From Octopus bimaculoides (lineage: Eukaryota), in assembly GCF_001194135.2 (NCBI RefSeq), contig NC_068990.1, positions 9,966,092 through 10,030,091 on the forward strand: a stretch of DNA of 64,000 bases. The letters run 5' to 3'. Below are positions 12,088 to 24,270 of this stretch, piece after piece (within the stretch, counting starts at the first letter, position 1; every line of letters starts with the position of its first letter). The notes under the pieces were generated by a model. That model was not told where the DNA came from. It worked only from the letters and a program-made list of their open reading frames with translations, and did no database searches. The position numbers and the translations under genes are program-made.

Positions 12088-12480
12088 AGACGCACGGTGG
12101 CTGCGTGGTAAAAAGCTTGCTTCGCAACGACGTGGTTCCAGTTTTAGTCCCACTGTGTGATACCTTGGAGAAGTGTCTTCTGTTATAGCCTCGAGCCGAC
12201 CAAAACATTGTGAGTAAATTTGATAGACGGAAACTGAAAGAAACCTGTCGTATATATGTATGTATTTCTGGTGTGTCTGTGTTCGTCCCCACCGCCAACG
12301 TTTGGCAACCGATGTTGTGTGTTTACGCCCCGTAACTTAACGTTTCTGCAAAAGAAGCCCATAGAATAAGTACTACGTTTACAAAGAGTAAGTCCTGGGG
12401 TCGCTTTGTTCAACTAAAGGCGGTGCTCCAGCATGGCCGCAGTCAAATGACTGAAACAAGTAAAATAATTAAAGAAGAAA
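12088..12480 (+). mobile_element. tRNA-derived SINE, family B, near full length
   Basis: A-box-like TGGCTGCGTGG, degenerate B-box region ggttccagttttagtccc, 3' end gcggtgctccagcatggccgcagtcaaatgactgaaacaagtaaaa. Homologous to 20950-21348. Confidence 0.85.
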
Positions 12481-12759
12481 AGAGCAACGTGAAGGTGACA
12501 CCAAGTGAGAGAGGGCAGAGTGATGCAACGTTCATTTCAGAAATTGCCTGCCTTCTGACGTTAACTTGATTGTGAAATGACGTCAGTCTGCATATATTCG
12601 AACTCAAACAATACCTTTGTTGTACTGAAGATGAAAGAACATTGTCGATATATGGCACAGGGAATTAGTTTCCGTAATGTTGCCCCCAACTAATTAACTA
12701 ATTCAATGTTCATTGATTTTGACTTTTCCTTAATAAATGACAATGTGTGCATGTGTGTA

Positions 12760-12900
12760 CTTACATCCACACTCACGTAAATCGCTTCATATAAATGTGT
12801 GTGTGTGTTTGTGTGGGTGTGTGTGTGTGTGTGGGTATGTGTGTGTATGTGTGTATGTGTGCGTGTGTGTGTGTGTACATACGGGTGTGTGTACATACGG
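12760..12900. repeat. (TG)n compound microsatellite
   Basis: Seen directly. Confidence 0.95.
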
Positions 12901-13229
12901 GTCTGTAACAACAGCAACAAAATGAAGAGTATGAGAAAATATTTGAAACCTAAGAAATGCAAAAAAATTGATAATTTGATGCGAATACGTCACACATACA
13001 TTTATTATAGTCAGAATCTTACGCCAGATAATATTCCTCTTAGATTAGATTGTATTTCTTTCTTTTTGTTTTCTTTTCTGACATCTTTTGCGGTCTGCTT
13101 TCAGATCAGCGCATGTGCTATAGCATTCTTCACGTTTTTCTTTGAAAAATCAATCAAGGACGATCCTCAAAGTGCATTTCTTTTAAGACGTACCTTCTAT
13201 TTTTCTAATTGATAGTTACCTTCTTTGAT

Positions 13230-15800
13230 CTCATAGAGTGACTTTCTTGGCTCTCATACTCACAATTGTGAATGTTCTGCTTAATGAAATTACTATATCA
13301 CTTTCTGATCAATATCATAACTCACCACTCATGCATGTTTTGGCTAGATCAGTAAATCAGTTTCTGCACTTAGTTCTGCATAATAGTCCTGCATAAGAGG
13401 ACCTTCCAGCTTCCTCTCAAGAGGTTTCTGCATGATAATCCGATTAAATTGACTGCAAATGTTACAATATTTTGTAAGCTAAGACCGCCATGTGAAACTT
13501 TGGAAAAATGCGTGGTAATTCCCCCTACAAATCTATCCAAATTCTGTCTATGTAAGTCCATGATGATTCCCTGAAAACTGTCCTAGTGTAAGGTGAAGCA
13601 TATTTTAAATTATGTCATGATAACGCAGGCTCTTTTAAATCTTTATAAGTGTTTTCATGACATATATTCACCATTGTTTCATTGAATAACATATCGCAAA
13701 CACTGTCCATGAAAAGTTTCGCTGTACCAATTCTATTCTGGTTACAAAATGGCCATTAATTTGGTGGTCACATTCTTTATAGCATCACTGAAATCAGATC
13801 TTCCGCAATCTGACATCCAAATCAAGGAATAAAAGTATTACCATCAGGTGCATACTTTTAAAAAGTGCACGTTTCTGCCACTTAGACCGTTGTCCACATT
13901 ATTGTGAGAGTTGAGATGGATGAATTTTATATGGTAGTTCCTGATTTATTAAAGGTTAGTATTTTAGATCATAGTGGCCTGAGGTCAACAAGAGGTCATC
14001 TACATTTCAATGTTAACACACATCTATATGAATTTGCACTACCCAGCATTAAGTAAAATCCCTAAGGTGAATAAAAAAGATAAAAAGTGTATATTATTCT
14101 ACTTTATTTGTAAGGTTTTCTAAACAGTTCTACACGCTTTCAAGATCACTTATTACGTTGTAAATAATTCATAATGTAGTGGTATGATTCTGGAAATGAC
14201 GATTCTTGACAGAAATCTCAAATGTACAAATAGGCAATTTGTAGCGTTCTCATCTGTAAAAAAAAAAAAAAAAAAAAAAAAAAACGTGTTTGTCGCATCT
14301 TGCTAAATCAACGTACCGCTCTTTTCCAGAACTGTCATTGTCATTATTGTTATTTTTGCTTTCCTTCCGACTTAGTGGTTTCCTTATATTGCTCTATTTT
14401 CATTTTGTATGATTGCTTTATTTTTGTGCTCAATGTGAATAATTTTCCTGATGCAGCTATATTCTGTTTTTTGTTGTAGAATTTGTTGGTATTGCTCTCT
14501 CTTGCTGTTTTTCAGGAATCGTAATTATCGGTTGAACGGACACGTTTATCGGCCCACATTCCATAGAATCTGATTTAATGTTGTGAAAAATATAATGTGT
14601 GATCAGATCGCACGAATCATTTGCTCCCATTCTTTTTAACTACATTACTTTGACTACCCACTATTTGGAAGTATTTTGGTTGACCTTGCATTTTATGTAG
14701 AAGTGCACTTACAGCTTTATCTCTTTTCATATCGCTGAAGTTTCTATTATCGCCACTAAAGGAAATATCTTACTGAGACCCTTCTATGTATATTATTTCT
14801 GTTACTGTTGTTGTGCCTGATGCCGAAACCACTTCTGTTCTAGCCATTGCAGCGGTCGGGTTATCGTCCCCAGTGGTTGAGCACGTGCTCATTTTTTCCG
14901 ATCAATATTTTGAAGCAGAAAATTATGTGTAGCTAATTTTACACATTTATTGTGACCCCAGATTTCTCCTTTATGCTACTACTACTGTCGTTTTTTTTTT
15001 AAATATCCTTATAATGGTAGACATATGTATCTACTAGGTTTAAAGTGCATCACACACCTGAAATTCCAGCAATATTTTTGTTTTCTTTTCTAAACGAAGC
15101 TGAATTTAAACGTATGCCTCCACATGTTCCTCCATAATTGTACATACCTTTGCAATGGAACACTGCCTTTTTGAAGTCTTTTCCAGTTTTATGGGACATG
15201 CATGATATATAATTGGTTTGAACAATAGTTATTGGTACAACTCTCACCTCTATAATTCACGTACAACAACTGCCCTTAGCTGGGATTTTCATGCATAGGC
15301 TATTTTCCATAACTTCTCTGGTAAATATTTCTCAATTTTTATTGCTTGTATGTTATTTCTTTATTGACCCCATTTTATTCTTTCAAATGATCTTACTCTT
15401 TATTTGAATTTTCTCCTTGGGCGAAACTTTGAAGTTATCGTAAAGCAATTACAGATTTCTCTGTACAAATTTTAAACTCCACAGATTTTCTGATATAAGA
15501 AAATACATTTTCATTTATCTTCGTCGTTGTTTTCATCATGGTTATTGTTTTTGTTGCCCCTACTCAGCTGCTGTTTTTGGAAGCATTCATCATGCTGCCT
15601 ATATGGTTGCTATGTGTCGTGTTATTTTTCTTTTCTCATATTTATTGATGTAGTGGAAATCGCTGTTGATGATGCATTGTTAACAAACTAGATGTATCTC
15701 AAAAGGATACTCATCTACCACACATATTTCACGTAACACCGAACCTGCCATTTCAGTGCTATACGTGTCTATGCATAAGGTAGAAGTGCACACAGGCACA
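13230..15800 (-). pseudogene. Putative heavily decayed RNB-domain / CCCH zinc-finger gene relic (HELZ2-like?)
   Basis: Hand translation across stops and frameshifts gives YAPDGNTFIP*FGCQIAEDLIS (from 13854), MLFNETM..EP and SHGGLSL/YCNICSQFNRIIMQKPL. These resemble RNB motifs in the expected order. Upstream, NYISCMSHKTGKDFKKAVFHCK..EE..W resembles a CCCH finger. Spacing between motifs is shorter than in intact RNB domains. No search was run. Confidence 0.35.
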
Positions 15801-16054
15801 TTTCAATTCTGGCCATGTTCATATTGTTTTTTACAAAGGATGTTTATCTGAAGTTACTCGAAAGGTCATAACTGTCCGCTATGTAGTTAGAACGGTGGGT
15901 GAACTCTAACGCAGATGACTGGTCAAAATTGTATACATTTAAAAAACTATGGCAACAGCCGGAATCAGTAAATGTAAACGTTTGCGAAAAAGAAAATACA
16001 GAAAACATCTCGCTAGCAACGTTTCACCTTGAATTCTGCTAGTGATGTTAATAG

Positions 16055-16085
<31 letters not shown>

Positions 16086-17066
16086 GCAATAGATCTTTAC
16101 TCAGTGGTTTAACCTTATAGAAATAGTAAAGATATCTGCTTCAGACACGCCATAAGATATTTAATAAATTATGGCTTCATGAGATTGTATAGCACACGTC
16201 TCAAGATAATTAAGAAGGTTGAATAGCGGAATTTATCTGACGTAAAGCTAATCTGAAAATAAAGAACAGGAGCCCATTTTAACATATGAAAAAGTTACGA
16301 CTTATTATCTGTATTAACTCACTTTGCTAACGGGTTTTTTCTTGATAACGCTGTTCGTAAACGTTACAATAACAAACATGTTTCGCCTCATAATCTCCAT
16401 TTACTGAATAATTTCGAATGTGTGCTACTATCTTTCTGAATATATTTTCACTTTAGGAAACATGAATGAGAGAACCGAATTAAGTATAGCGCGACATGAA
16501 ATACTAAAATTAAGCTAAACATAAAATTTATTTAGATTTGTAATGTTTGAAATACAAATCACAATTGAAAACATTCCACAAATATGTGACTGGATGCCTC
16601 ATCAGCTGTCACAAACAAATATTCCATATTCTTCTCTGATATCTGCTGTTTTACTATGCAATGACACTTTTGAGCAAAACATTGCGTTTGCCATTGAAAT
16701 ATAGTTCTTGGGAAATTAATTATTCTGCAATTAGTATGTGCATGGAATTCGGGACGAGAGTGTCAATACGCATCCATTTCTAGTTTTGTAATATTATCAA
16801 GAAGCGATGATATAAACTATCAGATTGGGTTAGATGCCGATTTGAAAATAAGGGAATCGGATGAGAAACGTAATCTCAGCTGGTTCCTCCATTGTTAGGT
16901 CTACGAGGACTAAGCTTATTCCAGCTTTTGAGTTAGGTGTTCCATCGGTCAAAATTATCATACAATATATATGAGTATTTAATCCTTTGAATTTCTTATG
17001 AGATATTATTTAATTCTCTATCTCACTCTCTCTCTCTACATAAGCATATATATATATATATATATA

Positions 17067-17466
17067 NNNNNNNNNNNNNNNNNNNNNNNNNNNNNNNNNN
17101 NNNNNNNNNNNNNNNNNNNNNNNNNNNNNNNNNNNNNNNNNNNNNNNNNNNNNNNNNNNNNNNNNNNNNNNNNNNNNNNNNNNNNNNNNNNNNNNNNNNN
17201 NNNNNNNNNNNNNNNNNNNNNNNNNNNNNNNNNNNNNNNNNNNNNNNNNNNNNNNNNNNNNNNNNNNNNNNNNNNNNNNNNNNNNNNNNNNNNNNNNNNN
17301 NNNNNNNNNNNNNNNNNNNNNNNNNNNNNNNNNNNNNNNNNNNNNNNNNNNNNNNNNNNNNNNNNNNNNNNNNNNNNNNNNNNNNNNNNNNNNNNNNNNN
17401 NNNNNNNNNNNNNNNNNNNNNNNNNNNNNNNNNNNNNNNNNNNNNNNNNNNNNNNNNNNNNNNNNN
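17067..17466. other. Assembly gap within a (TA)n tract
   Basis: N bases. Confidence 1.
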
Positions 17467-17507
<41 letters not shown>

Positions 17508-18187
17508 TACATACACACACACATACATGTATATATACCGTATGAACTTTTGTACGGCGGTTGTATACTTAAATATCTGATTCACTCTTTTGATATAACT
17601 ATGGCGAAACATTGGATTGCAGACACTCATATTAACCATGTTGAAGATTTACCAATTTTATGCTGCCAAATAATAAGGAATGCGTAAGTTGAATTATTCT
17701 TTCTGTGAGATTAATACCTGTTTCACTGAAGCAATACATATTTGGACAAAACCTTGAAATACCAACACGATTTTGCGAATAGCTTATGTACTGAATGTCA
17801 GTATATATTAGTATATATTAAATTATTTAAAAGGTAATAAATATATCTTACTGTACATTGAAGCTATAGATTATTTCGACACTCTATTTCTACTTAAAAT
17901 CTATTACACGTCAATGAGAGCGTTGCGAAATTTTAATACTGTCACTTGAAGATAATAATAATGCGATTAACATACATAGAAAATATGAACTTTTATTAAT
18001 GATTGCCGGAAAGTAATTTATAAAAGTGAAATAACATTTTATAAGCTATAAAACCATACGTATATACATTGTTTAGTTTACATTTAAGAAACGAAGTTTG
18101 CGCTTAAGTTTCTGGATACAGATAGTAACATAAACTTAATCATCATTTAAGACATGTTTAAATAAATACTGATGCCTGACCCCAACT

Positions 18188-18246
18188 ACATGTAAAAAGA
18201 GAATACATGTAAAACGAGAATACAACATGTAAAATGAGAATACAAC
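18188..18246. repeat. Three tandem copies of a 17-20 bp unit (ACATGTAAAANGAGAAT)
   Basis: acatgtaaaaagagaat / acatgtaaaacgagaataca / acatgtaaaatgagaataca. Confidence 0.9.
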
Positions 18247-19936
18247 TAGGTATTCAATTATGGATTCATGTGTACTATAACGTTTAAAATTCAAATACGA
18301 TCGGATCCCACTTTACTATTCATCCTTTCTCGGTGTAAAATGTAAGTTACCAGTTGTACACTGGATTGATGTAGTAGACGTAACACTCCCTCTAAATTGC
18401 TGGCCTTCTGCCAAACTTGGAATCTGATATTACTTACAAAAATGCTAAATGAAGGAAGCAACATCATACCCTGAATACACACACAAAAAAGAAAGAATAT
18501 TTATTACAACATGAATATATACCACTCTTCCACTAGGAAGCATGGTTTCCTTTTCAAATGAATATCGATTGCTAAGGTGAGCATTTCTAAATTGAGGACA
18601 CGCTTTAGTATAAATTATGTGTCCGTCAAAGTAAGATCAGCAAAATCGTACTCAATCCGGTGAGGGATAAATATCGTTTAATGTATATCGTATGTGTTTA
18701 TGAGCTGCTAATAGTTTCATACATTAGAGACGTGGTCGTGAAATGTTTTCTTGTTCAAATAATATTTAGACTCAGAGCACAAGACGTTTTCAAGTTACAA
18801 ATCAGGACGGTAGAAGAATAAAATTCCCAGGAGCAGCTTCGCATGTTATTAGCATTATCTTCATATCTAGAGTACAACACCTAACATCCTATCAGATTTT
18901 GTAACGGGAGAGCAAGGTGATGGTGGACGTCTGAGTTGATTGGAAGCATTTAAATACTAATAATTTTTCTTCGCGACTTAGACAACATCATCTAGCTCCC
19001 CTTCAAAATCTACTGTAATAATACTTAAGACACATCTACGAATAATGCATTTTATTCTTTTACATTTAAACGAGAGTTTTTATGTGTTAGCCTCTCAACT
19101 CAAGTCTCACATTCCTATAGCGATACAGATTTCTCCACAGTCAGAGGTTTATTTCTGAGTAAAACTTTGTATAAAACGCTGACTAATCACGTAAGGTATC
19201 TATAAAAAATCTTTATTTTTAAAATATATTTATTATATTGAGAGATGTTTCGGAATGCTGACATATTTTTATTAGAAAGTACATGAATCACGAGTTATGT
19301 ACGCAGTGTGTTTGAGTACTCATATTTCCAAAGCTCTCTGGAATTTAATCCGGCACACGCAGTCTATGCTTCCAAGTAACGTGTGATTATGTTTGAGTTA
19401 ACGGGAATATTTTTGTGGACAATTAGATTGGATACTGAGTGACTGATTACCACGAAGTGGACCTTAAATCTAGCACAGCTGATGTCAAAATATCTGTAAG
19501 TTTTTATTGATTATGAAATAAATATATGCGCATCTGTCTATTATTTAGAATGTTGCCTAACATTAGTGCAAAATGTTATTGGAAGAAAATAGCTCAAGTC
19601 ACCAGTCATATATAAAGCAAGCTACTTGTGAAAGATAACTTAAAATATAGAAATTGATTTATCCAATAAATATGAAACTACAAATAATTGTGTGTTTGCA
19701 ACTGCAGAGGATGTGGTAAATATGACATTTAAGTATTAGAAAATTTTGCTGCAGGATTTACGTCGCGTTTGATGTTAATTCAGCTGTTTCCTTGTGTCTT
19801 GCTTGCGAATACATTGTGTAAGATGACAGGGAATCACATAGAATACGTATACTTATAATTATGTAGCCTCATATTTCCAATACTATTCAATGTTTTATTA
19901 ATAACTTAGGAACTGCACATTCCTGTAGCTAACACA

Positions 19937-19938
<2 letters not shown>

Positions 19939-20002
<64 letters not shown>
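19939..20002. repeat. (TATC)n tetranucleotide microsatellite
   Basis: Perfect run. Confidence 0.98.
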
Positions 20003-20949
20003 CCTATATATGGAGTCAGTTGGCAACTTCTAATTTGGTGACATTTAAAATTCTCACCTTAAAGAAAGCAACATCTCCTAACATTTTGGATGCGCGTTTT
20101 TCATACAAGGAAGAATGAGAATAGTTTGATAGGAATAAAATGAATGAGTTTGATGCTGAAGTGCAGGTAGATGAGAAAGGTGCAGAGATTAGCATGTTGG
20201 GAAAGAGCAACCGAGAGAAGAGAGTTATATCAAAAACAGGAAAGGAAAAAGAGGCGAAAGACACTAGTGAGTCGCGGGAGATTGCGTGCAATGTAGAAAC
20301 AGTGAAAACATAGATCTACGTGTTAGCGTTAAATATATCAGGTAGATAAAGAACACAAAAAATGAAAATGGGTGAGAGACAGCTTTTAATGAATAATATA
20401 TTACTTCAATAGCGGGAAGTGATCTGATGTTTCGAGTGCAAGTGCTTCATCAGAAAAATAAAGGAATGATTTTCAGACGGTACTGTAAGTGGTGGAGGAA
20501 AGTGAAGAGGTTAAGCATATTTGATGTGACGGAACAATGCAATAGTTGTGTATATATTAACATATATTCATTTGTATATAAGTATATGTATATATAAATG
20601 AATATATGTACTCATGTGCATGTATAGATAGTCGTGTTCTTACCATACTAACTATACTGCTATACCAGAATGGGCATTATGACAATCCGACATTAAGGAT
20701 TACAATACACACACACCCATACAAACACACGCATACATATAAATATATATATTTATATATATGTATACCAGAGTAATTACATAAAAGCGAAACAAGGTGG
20801 AAAAAATAGTACTCGGTTATCAGAGATAGATTCTAAACAAAACTGTCCGATGAACGGGACGTGAAACATTGAGTAATAGTTTTTGAGATATTTTTGTTGC
20901 TTTTTAATAAAGTATATATATATCAAAACAAAGAAATATCTTTGATGTA

Positions 20950-21147
20950 TTACTTGTTTCAGTCACTAAACTGCGACCATGCTGGGGCAACCCCTTGAAG
21001 AATTTTAACCGAATGAATGAATCCCAGTACTTACTGTTTTACGCCTCGTACTTATTCTATCATTCTCTTACGCCGAACATCTAAGTTACGAGGATGTAAA
21101 CATGCCAACACCGGTTGTCATGGAGATAGATATGAACACACGCATAT

Positions 21148-21197
<50 letters not shown>

Positions 21198-21348
21198 GCC
21201 GGGCTTATTTCAGTTTCTGTCAACCAAATCCACTCACAAGCTGTCGGTGGGCCCGAAGCTACAATAGAAGACACTTACGCAAGGTGCCACGCAGTGGAAT
21301 TGAATCTCTAACCATGTGTTTGGAAAGTAAGCTTCTTACCACACCTGC
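20950..21348 (-). mobile_element. tRNA-derived SINE, family B, with an internal (TA)n expansion
   Basis: Reverse complement aligns with 12088-12460, including the tail ggttgccccagcatggtcgcag..tgactgaaacaagta and the head ..gtggtaagaagcttactttcc... Confidence 0.85.
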
Positions 21349-21629
21349 ATTTAGATAGCTAGATGGATAGTTGGATAGTTGGATAGATAGATAGATACAT
21401 ATATACATATACCATTCAGATACAATCAAATTTCCTTTGATGGAACATATCATTTGCATATTCAGTTGCACCTTTTTTGAATAACGTTATCTGGATCTTA
21501 TCAATCCGTTTTAAATCATATTACCTTATCATTTTTGTCAGGTTGAGATTTTGAGAAGAGATTTATTTCCTCCTCTTATCGGACACATTGAAGTAATACT
21601 CAGTTTTGTTTTCTCTTTGGGATATATGA

Positions 21630-21690
21630 CCGTATACGCACACACACACGCACACACACGCACACACACACACACACACACACATGCATA
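21630..21690. repeat. (CA)n microsatellite
   Basis: Seen directly. Confidence 0.95.
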
Positions 21691-22858
21691 AATGCTTATA
21701 TGTGTCTGCTTGTGAGTGTGCATGTGCGCATATTCGTGAGAATATGAGAGTGTGTATGTGTTTATGTGCGAGAATGTGCACATGCGTGTATGTACATATA
21801 TGATGTACGTGTTTGCTTTATATTCTCTTGCCACACTACCACTTTATTTTAATATTTATTTCTCCTTTGATTTGTGTATGTTATTTAATGAGGATGGACC
21901 ATTTGAAATTTTGACAAACAGAGCTTTAGTCTCTTGTATGCTTTGTGTGTATTGACAACGCCGAAGACTATCATTTTTTTTTTCTGTTTTCTAAACGTTT
22001 CTTTTAATTCGCACCAGGTATAGAGTCCAGAAAATATTAGTAGCTTCAAACATTTTGGGTAATACAACCATTATATACATATTTGAAGAAAATAAATTAC
22101 CGTCCACCAACTTGTATTGAACCACTATTAGTTGATCATATATTTTTCCTTTAAATATAGACATGATGTTTTCCCCATTTTATTACTTCATCTAAATTAC
22201 TTCAAGCATTGAATATTTACAAATTTTACACAATAATTTGCAGTATTAGGAAATAATTTGAGATAACGGCTAAAGATAATGAACAGAAAATTGTTGAACC
22301 TAATATATTGAGAGATAGACAAAAATTAATAAAGGAAACAACTGAAAAGAAATTTAAAGCGACACATAAATACGTTTTATGATAAGCCTGTTGCCTTTAA
22401 TTTTGGTATAACTAATTACATAAATACATTCAATTTGTATCCACTTCGATTTAATACGCTGTACTAGAATTTAACGATTTGTTACTAATTAAGTTCGTAA
22501 TTAACGCGGATTTATTCTTTGGTATTTATAGATAGGTACTTGATATTATTCATATCAATCTTAGGATATACAGAAAATACACTGCAGTTCATTCATAGAT
22601 GGAACTATTGAAGTAAGCTTTCATCACGTTTATTTTTTCTAAAATGTAATGAATATTATTGAAATTTCGAAGTACATGCAATAAAAAAAGGGGAAATAAA
22701 TGCGCGAGATCCTCTATCAAATAGATATTTGGTTTGTTTTGTTACTCAGATATCGATACTTCTCATTTTCAGTCAACATCAACGATGAAGCGACATTTTG
22801 CAATGAACGCTAATAGATTATTCAAACATTTATAGAAACAATGAAACGCAAAAGATCT

Positions 22859-22908
22859 AACGCGTCGCCCGGTCCAGGAATCGAAACCACTAGGCCACGC
22901 GCCTCCAC
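22859..22908 (-). mobile_element. tRNA-like SINE head, family C, internally deleted
   Basis: Minus strand reads GTGGAGGCGCGTGGCCTAGTGGTTTCGATTCCTGGACCGGGCGACGCGTT, with the A-box fused directly to the B-box. Confidence 0.65.
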
Positions 22909-23954
22909 ATATATCCGGTATGAGATTGCATAAATCATGTTAAATCTAATAGACTCTTGAAAAGAAGTGTGCAAATAAGGGTCTGAATGGAGTGTATGAG
23001 AAAGTTGTGTAGGAATGCAAAACTCTCTCTCCCTCTCCCTTTCTCTCTCTCTCTCTCTATCTATCTATCTATTTATTTTGTCTATCTGCAGGAATGAAAT
23101 CAAATCAACATGATTTTTATGAGATTGTTGTATATCTTTAAATGGTTGATATGACTCTTAGAAGATAATTGATTTCAGTTTCACATAAAGTCCTATGTTT
23201 GTTATATGAAACAATGAAATATACATGTTGCATCTTTTAAAATATCGCTATATATTTGTTGTGTTAATGTAAGATTAATTTTAAACGACCGACTATTTCA
23301 AGTTTTCATGATGCTAGGAAGTGATGCAATTCAATAGTAGGTGGATTATGCTTGAAAAATTATCTCAAATATCTCTAGAGAATTGTAATTCTCCACTGAA
23401 TTCTTATGTTATTCATTTGCCTGTCACAGAAGATCTGAATCCAAACTCATTAAAATATTGTCATTCTCAATTCATGTACGTATGAAACAATGAGAATCAA
23501 TTACTGTGATTTTGGTAATGTGGTTTTAGAATTTCTACATATTTATATTCTCGAAGGTATTAATTTACCTGATGTAGCCACTTGCCATGATACTTGTGTC
23601 AGGCATATTCAGAGTAAAATCAATCATATATTTTTGTTTCACTTACAGAGTGAAGAACGGAAAAGGGAACAAACACAAGGCTTAATGTGCACAAGATGAT
23701 TAGACAATAAATGTAATAAAGCATATATTATAAATGAATATCTCAGTGTATGAAAGGAAAATGAAATGTAAACCATATATCACATTGTAAATTATGTTCT
23801 GACCGCATCTATCATCACCAAATGCACAAACACTGAATATGTCGCAATTCGACATACTGCAGCTTCCATAATAATTTCTCTAACTATTTTTGCCTGGTTG
23901 CAATTTTCGAAGGGACGGTGTCATGATGAGACAGAAGAAAGCATTTGATAGGCA

Positions 23955-24020
23955 TTTATCTTATCGATTCCGAAGCGATGAAAGGCAAAGGCGACCTCAG
24001 CAGTATTTGAACACAGAACA
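23955..24020 (-). mobile_element. SINE family A fragment (central motif and B-box)
   Basis: ttatcgattccgaagcgatgaaaggcaaaggcgacctcagcagtatttgaac matches the reverse complement of the family A core. Confidence 0.65.
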
Positions 24021-24130
24021 CAATGAAATGAAGGAAATGGCGTTAGGCGTCTGCTCCATAACAATAAAATATTTGTTTTATCAACGATTGTAAGATAAAG
24101 CTATTTAGTTTTATGTTACATACGCAACTA

Positions 24131-24132
24131 TC

Positions 24133-24172
<40 letters not shown>

Positions 24173-24270
24173 CATACACACGCACACACACACACACACA
24201 CAAATATATGTGCAGTATGTGAGTGTGTACCTGTATGTGTTCACGTGTGCATGTGTGTGTGTGTGTACGA
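24131..24270. repeat. Compound (CA)n/(TG)n microsatellite
   Basis: Seen directly. Confidence 0.95.

Noticed and set aside
20016-20291. 91-aa minus ORF and the purine-rich plus frame as a possible gene
   Set aside because: Low-complexity, strand-skewed composition and no motif; more likely part of the repeat carrying the nearby hammerhead-like core.
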